Origin: Candidatus Sulfomarinibacteraceae bacterium
GTDB lineage: Bacteria; Acidobacteriota; Thermoanaerobaculia; Thermoanaerobaculales; Sulfomarinibacteraceae
Assembly (NCBI GenBank): GCA_963796455.1
Contig: CAWCLO010000003.1
Coordinates: forward strand, 160,001 to 224,000
Direction: 5' to 3'
DNA: 64,000 nt
This document shows positions 58,700-64,000 of the stretch, one piece after another. The position numbers were made by a program, and so were the translations under genes. Under the pieces are notes generated by a model. It made no database searches. It was not told where the DNA came from and saw only the letters and a list, made by a program, of their open reading frames with translations. How positions within the stretch are numbered: position 1 is the first letter of the stretch; every line of letters begins with the position of its first letter.

Positions 58700-59100
58700 T
58701 CACTCTTGTCCAAGACAGAGTCTCGGATAGCGTTCAGGAAGGGACCTGAAGGTGGGCCAAGGCCCACCTTCAGAGTTGGTTCCCAAAGCCTGGATCACTC
58801 GGCCCAGGTGGGAAGCACGGGACAGCGATCAGGGGCAGCGGCAGTGTTCAGTCGTCAGCGTCAGCGATCAGCGGCCGGGACAGTGAACAGCACTCATTTC
58901 TTCGGGGATCCGGCCTTGGTGGTGCGGCCGTCTCGGCCGCACGGTGGGCAGGAGAGACGCCGACACCACAGCGGCTGTTCCTTCTGTTGAACGACCCGGA
59001 GGTGATCACGCCGTCACTGCACCTGATTGCTGCCCCTGATCTCTGCCTCTGATCGCTGATCCCTGTCGCTGCCCCTGGACACTGTCGCTGCCGCTGCAAA
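58700..59100 (-). mobile_element. Empty four-helix-bundle cassette derivative D with REP pair and extra hairpin
   Basis: End CACTCTTGTCCAAGACAGAGTCTC is identical to the copy A end; core is the reverse complement of copy B; CTGAAGGTGGGCC hairpin at 58746-58773. Confidence 0.72.
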
Positions 59101-59138
59101 CCGGACAATAGCCCGGTCTCGGGCACGGGCTTCGATCC

Positions 59139-59495
59139 TCAATACTCGTGCGTCCCCATATGCACCGGAACGCCAAACTTCTCCTCGAGGGCCCTGGTCA
59201 CCCCGTCCACATTCATCGGGCAGTTCATCAACCCGGTCGCCTTCTTGACACAGGTTCCGAAGTAGATCTCATCGACCCCCACCCCGAGGCTGTCGAGAAC
59301 CGTCATCTGGAGATCGACCCTCGGCACCACCAAACCGGGACAGTCACCGCAGCCGGTCTTGAATACCACCCGTACATCACCCATATCCTCGAAAACAAAG
59401 GTGTTTTCGTTGACCGACTTGTAGCACTTCGCGCAACCCACGCAGCTTGCATCCTGGATTCGTTCGCAGTAAATGATGCCGATTCTTTTGCCCAT
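59139..59495 (-). CDS. CGGC domain protein
   Basis: C..CVGCAKC, CGDCPG, C..CP and terminal GTH. Confidence 0.85.
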   Translation of the reverse strand: MGKRIGIIYCERIQDASCVGCAKCYKSVNENTFVFEDMGDVRVVFKTGCGDCPGLVVPRVDLQMTVLDSLGVGVDEIYFGTCVKKATGLMNCPMNVDGVTRALEEKFGVPVHMGTHEY

Positions 59496-59580
59496 CGCAA
59501 CCTCCGACCCTTCTTGATGAAAGCATCGTAAGTCGCTTTATTTAGAATAGTAAGCTGCTCAATTGAGCAAGAGCGATGCT

Positions 59581-59683
59581 GGGGCTATGACCGGCCGCTC
59601 GCGCGACCTGGCTTTGTGGCTATGAGGCAGTCCGTGGGCGGCTCAGTGCCTCATAGCATCATAGCCCCATAGCCCCATAGCCA
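59581..59683. repeat. GGCTATGA / CATAGCCC inverted arms
   Basis: ggggctatga...gtggctatgaggca ... tgcctcatagcatcatagccccatagccccatagcc, abutting the purM stop. Confidence 0.75.
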
Positions 59684-59685
59684 AT

Positions 59686-60741
59686 CTACCGGAGACCCGA
59701 AGGATAACCCTCAGGGGGATGGTCGTACTCGACGCCACTCTCACCATCGACGACGTTGCCCATGGGGAATCCGGGGCTGCCGGTCTCGCGCAGGCTTTTG
59801 AGGACCTCTTTGAGCTTTTTGGGGGGCACGATCAGAACCATGCCGACCCCGAGATTGAAGGTCCGCCACATATCGTCCTCCGGCACCTGTCCCTTCTCGG
59901 CCAGGAGGCGAAAGACGGGGGGGACCTCCCACGCACCAACCTTGATGATCGCCCGCGCACCATCGGGCATGACCCGGGGAAGATTGTCGGTCAGGCCACC
60001 ACCCGTGATATGGGCCAGACCATGAACCGATCCGGCTTCGAGCAACGGCCAGACCTGCTGCAGATAGCACCTGTGCACGGCGAGCAACTCATCGGCGACG
60101 CTTCGCCCGAGTTCCGGGACCATATCGGTCGGGGCCATCCCGAGGGTCTCGAAGAAGACCTTCCGCGCCAGTGAGTAACCGTTTGTGTGGAGGCCGCTCG
60201 ATGGCAGGCCGACCAGCACGTCGCCCGGCCTCACGGCCGATCCGTCAACGATTCGCCGGCGGTCGACGATACCGACGATAAAACCAGCGAGATCGTATTC
60301 TCCGTCACCGTAAAACCCCGGCATCTCTGCCGTTTCACCGCCGAGGAGGGCCATCCCCTGCTCACCGCACCCGGCGGCCACCCCACCGATCACATCGGCC
60401 ACCACATCCGGTTCGAGACGACCGGTCGCCAGATAGTCGAGAAAGAAGAGCGGTCGAGCGCCCTGGACGAGGATGTCATTGATGCAGTGGTTGACCAGAT
60501 CGCGGCCGACGGTCGTATGACGACCGGTGGCAATCGCCACCATCAGCTTGGTGCCGACTCCATCGGCGGAGGAAACCAACACCGGTTCCTTGAATCCCTT
60601 TGGCACCCGAAAGAGCCCGCCAAAGGAGCCCTGGTCCGAGAGCACATCCTTGGTGTAGGTGCCGCGCACCATCTTTTTGACCTGGGCGAGAGCCCGGTCC
60701 TGGGCATCGATATCGACTCCGGCTTCGCGGTAGGTGGTCAT
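59686..60741 (-). CDS. purM: Phosphoribosylformylglycinamidine cyclo-ligase
   Basis: YREAGVDI, DGVGTK, GGETAEMP, GLHTNG, HITGGG and TFNLG motifs. Confidence 0.97.
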   Translation of the reverse strand: MTTYREAGVDIDAQDRALAQVKKMVRGTYTKDVLSDQGSFGGLFRVPKGFKEPVLVSSADGVGTKLMVAIATGRHTTVGRDLVNHCINDILVQGARPLFFLDYLATGRLEPDVVADVIGGVAAGCGEQGMALLGGETAEMPGFYGDGEYDLAGFIVGIVDRRRIVDGSAVRPGDVLVGLPSSGLHTNGYSLARKVFFETLGMAPTDMVPELGRSVADELLAVHRCYLQQVWPLLEAGSVHGLAHITGGGLTDNLPRVMPDGARAIIKVGAWEVPPVFRLLAEKGQVPEDDMWRTFNLGVGMVLIVPPKKLKEVLKSLRETGSPGFPMGNVVDGESGVEYDHPPEGYPSGLR

Positions 60742-60748
60742 GTGGGCT

Positions 60749-61625
60749 CCGATCCCGTTCCCGATCCCGTTCCCGATCCCGAAGGGGATCGTTCAGAAGG
60801 ACCGAGCCTATCTTGTGACGAGACCATATCGACCGGATCGACGACACGCAAGTGCCGAGAGATCCCGGTTCGCCGCGGATCGGGATCGAAGCGGAATCAA
60901 AAACCAAGGCTGAGAAACCGCAGATCACGCAGATGGACGCAGATAAGGAATCGGTGCCGGAATCGCTATCGAGGTGAGGGCAATCCCCCTCTGCCCCTCT
61001 GCCACATGGCGTATGGTTCCCCCTTTCTCCCTCTCTCCCTTTCTCCCTTTCGGGAATCGGCGTCGGGTGGTCTCCCTTTCTCCCTTTCATGAGCGGTATC
61101 CACAGCAGCCGTTCGATAGCGATAGCGATTCCGATAGCGATAGCGACGATGCCGAGCGATCCTCTGCCCCTCCGCCACCAAGCCCCTCTGCCATGTGGAC
61201 GCTTGTTCTCCCCATAGGGATCGGGACGGTGCGTCAAGATGTCATCCTGAGCGAAGCGTCTATGGCGCGGAGTCGAAGGATCTGCGGTCATGGGTCTTTC
61301 CCTTGTGCGCCATAGATCCTTCGACTGCGCCCCTTCCGGCTTCGCCTTTCAGGCTACGCCGTGACAAGGCGGGGCTCCGCTCAGGATGACATCGGGAGGC
61401 GACATTCCCGTACAGGAGGAATCAGCGCCGGGTGGATTCCCCTTTCCCCCTTTCGGGAACGGATAGGGTGGTGTCTTTCCCCCGTCGGGATTCGTATCCA
61501 CAGCAGCCGTTCGATAGCGATAGCGACGATGCCGAGCGGTCCTCTGCCCCTCTGCCCCTCTGCCAAGTGGCATATGGTTCCCCCTTTCTCCCTTTCTCCC
61601 TTTCCCCCTTTCCCCCTTTCGGGCT
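60749..61625. repeat. Large composite repeat with internal direct duplications and GTCATCCTGAGC palindrome (61238-61393)
   Basis: Modules shared with 394-426, 19267-19430 and 36640-36910; duplications ~60985-61050 vs 61541-61620 and ~61097-61170 vs 61496-61552. Confidence 0.8.
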
Positions 61626-61676
61626 CGGCCTCGGCAAAAACTGGCACAACCAACCCATACCTGATACAACCTCCCC

Positions 61677-64000
61677 ATGACGCTGATCCGACGTTTTCGT
61701 GCCTACGAACTTCAATCAGCCACCCAACACGACTTGCTCGAATCCGCGCGCTCGGTCCTCGGTCCGGAGGTGGTCGGTCTCGATACCGAGCACTGCTTCT
61801 ATATCGAGACGTCAAAACCGCTGAACAAGACCGAGCAACAGGTCCTCGATTGGCTGCTCACCGAAACCTTCGAACCCGAGCGCTTCTCTCGCGAGTCCTT
61901 TCTCGATGTCGGCGCCGGAACGGTCATCGAGGTCGGGCCGCGAATGACCTTCACGACCGCATGGTCGACCAACGCGGTTTCAATCTGCCACGCCTGTGGG
62001 ATCGACTCCGCCGTGCGGATCGAACGCTTTCGGCGATATCTCCTGCGAGGTCTGGCGGCTGCCTCTCCTGAGGCAACCGAGGCATTCACCGGTCTGCTCC
62101 ACGATCGCATGACCGAGTGCGCCTACCCAAATGCCTTGACGGCCTTCGGCACCGGCATCAGCCCCGAACCAGTGACAACGGTCCCGGTGATGCAAGAAGG
62201 ACGGGCGGCACTGGAGCAGATCAACCTCGAGCTCGGTCTCGCCTTCGACGACTGGGATCTCGATTTCTACACCACCCTCTTTCGTGAGCGCATCAGGCGC
62301 GACCCGACCGATGTCGAGTGTTTTGACATCGCTCAATCCAATAGCGAGCACTCACGACACTGGTTTTTCAAGGGCCGGTTGATCGTCGACGGCGACGAGG
62401 CGCCCGACCACCTCTTCTCCATCGTCCGCCGTCCGTTCGAGGCCAACCCCAACAACAGCGTCATCGCCTTCCACGATAATTCGAGCGCCATCCGCGGCTT
62501 TTCGACCCCGGCACTGGTCAGTTCCGAACCCCGGGGTCCGTCGCCTTTGGTGCTCAGGGACATCGACCTCGATCTGACCCTGACCGCCGAGACCCACAAC
62601 TTCCCCTCCGGGGTGGCGCCGTTCCCCGGCGCCGAAACCGGTACCGGCGGCCGCATCCGCGACACCCACGCCACCGGCCGCGGTTCGCTGGTGGTGGCCG
62701 GCACCGCCGCCTATTGCGTCGGCAATCTGCGGCTTCCCGGCTACGATCTGCCGTGGGAAGACCGCGACTTCAGCTACCCACCAAACCTTGCCTCGCCGAG
62801 CAGCGATCGAGATCGAAGCCTCCAACGGTGCCTCGGATTACGGCAACAAGTTCGGCGAACCGGTGATCACCGGTTTCACCCGCTCGGCCGGGTTGCGGAT
62901 GCCTGATGGCGATCGGCGCGAGTGGATCAAACCCATCATGTTTTCCGGCGGTATCGGTCAGATCGACCACAGCCACGCGGTGAAAGGCAAGCCCGAAACC
63001 GATATGTTGGTGGTCAAGATCGGCGGTCCCGCCTACCGCATCGGGATGGGCGGCGGCGCTGCCTCATCGATGGTCCAGGGCGACAACGCCGAACACCTCG
63101 ACTTCAATGCCGTCCAACGCGGCGATGCCGAGATGGAACAGAAGGTCAACCGGGTCATCCGCGCCTGTTCGGAACTCGGAGAGGGCAACCCCATCGTCAG
63201 CATCCACGACCAGGGGGCAGGCGGCAACTGCAATGTTTTGAAAGAGATCGTCGAACCGGCCGGAGCGCGGCTCGAGATCCGCGAGATCCCGACCGGCGAC
63301 GACAGCATGTCCGTGCTCGAGATCTGGGGCGCCGAGTACCAGGAGAACGACGCCCTGCTGGTTCGCCCGCAGGACGAGCAGCTGTTCCGGGACCTGTGCG
63401 AGCGCGAGCAGGTGCCGGTCTCCTTTGTCGGTCGGGTGACCGGCGACGGCCGGGTCGTGGTTCACGACGCGGCCGACGGGTCCACGCCGGTCGACCTGGT
63501 GCTCGAGGACGTACTCGGCGATGTCCCGCAGAAGACCTTCGAGCTCGACAGGAACGATCGAAAGCTCGAGGCGCTTGCCCTGCCGCCCGGTCTCGAGGTG
63601 GCCCAGGCCCTCGACCGGGTGCTGCGGCTGCTGTCGGTGGGCTCGAAGAGATTCCTCACCACCAAGGTCGACCGTTCGGTCAGCGGCTTAGTGGCGCGCC
63701 AACAGTGTGCGGGGCCGCTCCAGCTCACCGTTGCCGATGTGGCCGTCATTGCACAGAGCCACTTCGGCACCACCGGCACCGCCACCGCCATCGGCGAACA
63801 ACCCCTCAAAGGCCTGGTCGACCCGGCCGCGATGGCGCGGATGGCGGTCGGCGAGGCGCTGACCAATCTGGTGTGGGCGAGGGCAACCGCGCTCGCGGAC
63901 GTGCGGTGTTCGGCCAACTGGATGTGGGCCGCCAAGATCCCCGGCGAAGGCGCCGATCTCTACGATGCCGCGGTCGCCATGAGCGATCTGATGGTCGAGC
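61677..64000 (+). CDS. purL: Large-type FGAM synthase, +1 frameshift near 62799, runs off the window end
   Basis: QSNSEHSRHWFF, AETHNFP and GAETGTGG; after the shift ASNGASDYGNKFGEP, GMGGGAASS and IHDQGAGG. Confidence 0.93.

Noticed and set aside
62790..62810. Programmed ribosomal frameshift in purL
   Set aside because: No slippery heptamer or obvious stimulator; similar single-base insertions in two unrelated genes favour sequencing error.

Overview
GC-rich bacterial chromosomal segment. Gene content and repeat style suggest an anaerobic or facultative Acidobacteriota (Thermoanaerobaculia-like) genome, but this is inference only. Housekeeping and metabolic genes: smc, a System I* cytochrome c maturation operon (ccmABCDEF, CcmE with CxxxY), fabH, RNase E/G, an ECF sigma/anti-sigma/DUF4097 cluster, miaA, a Ser/Thr kinase-TPR, two mevalonate-pathway genes, a MarR-led 2-oxoacid:ferredoxin oxidoreductase + HdrA/Flx/HdrD-like operon, a second OFOR pair with a Rex/CRP-like operator, rpsF-rpsR-DUF2232-rplI, purM and purL. 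Three genes (ampG, apaG, purL) each carry a +1 frameshift. The most unusual signal is intergenic. A four-helix-bundle (23S-IVS/bAvd-like) gene sits between long, mutually complementary CAG-rich/CTG-rich arms, and three further copies of the same arms occur in the window as deleted derivatives. One keeps about the last 20 codons of the gene; two keep an inverted RBS segment plus a REP pair. Many other gene ends carry analogous empty fold-back cassettes built from 7-9-mer tandem repeats, GTCATCCTGAGC palindromes and GTGG/GTAG REPs. No transposase, reverse transcriptase or RAYT is recognisable in the window. No CRISPR array, rRNA or tRNA was seen.
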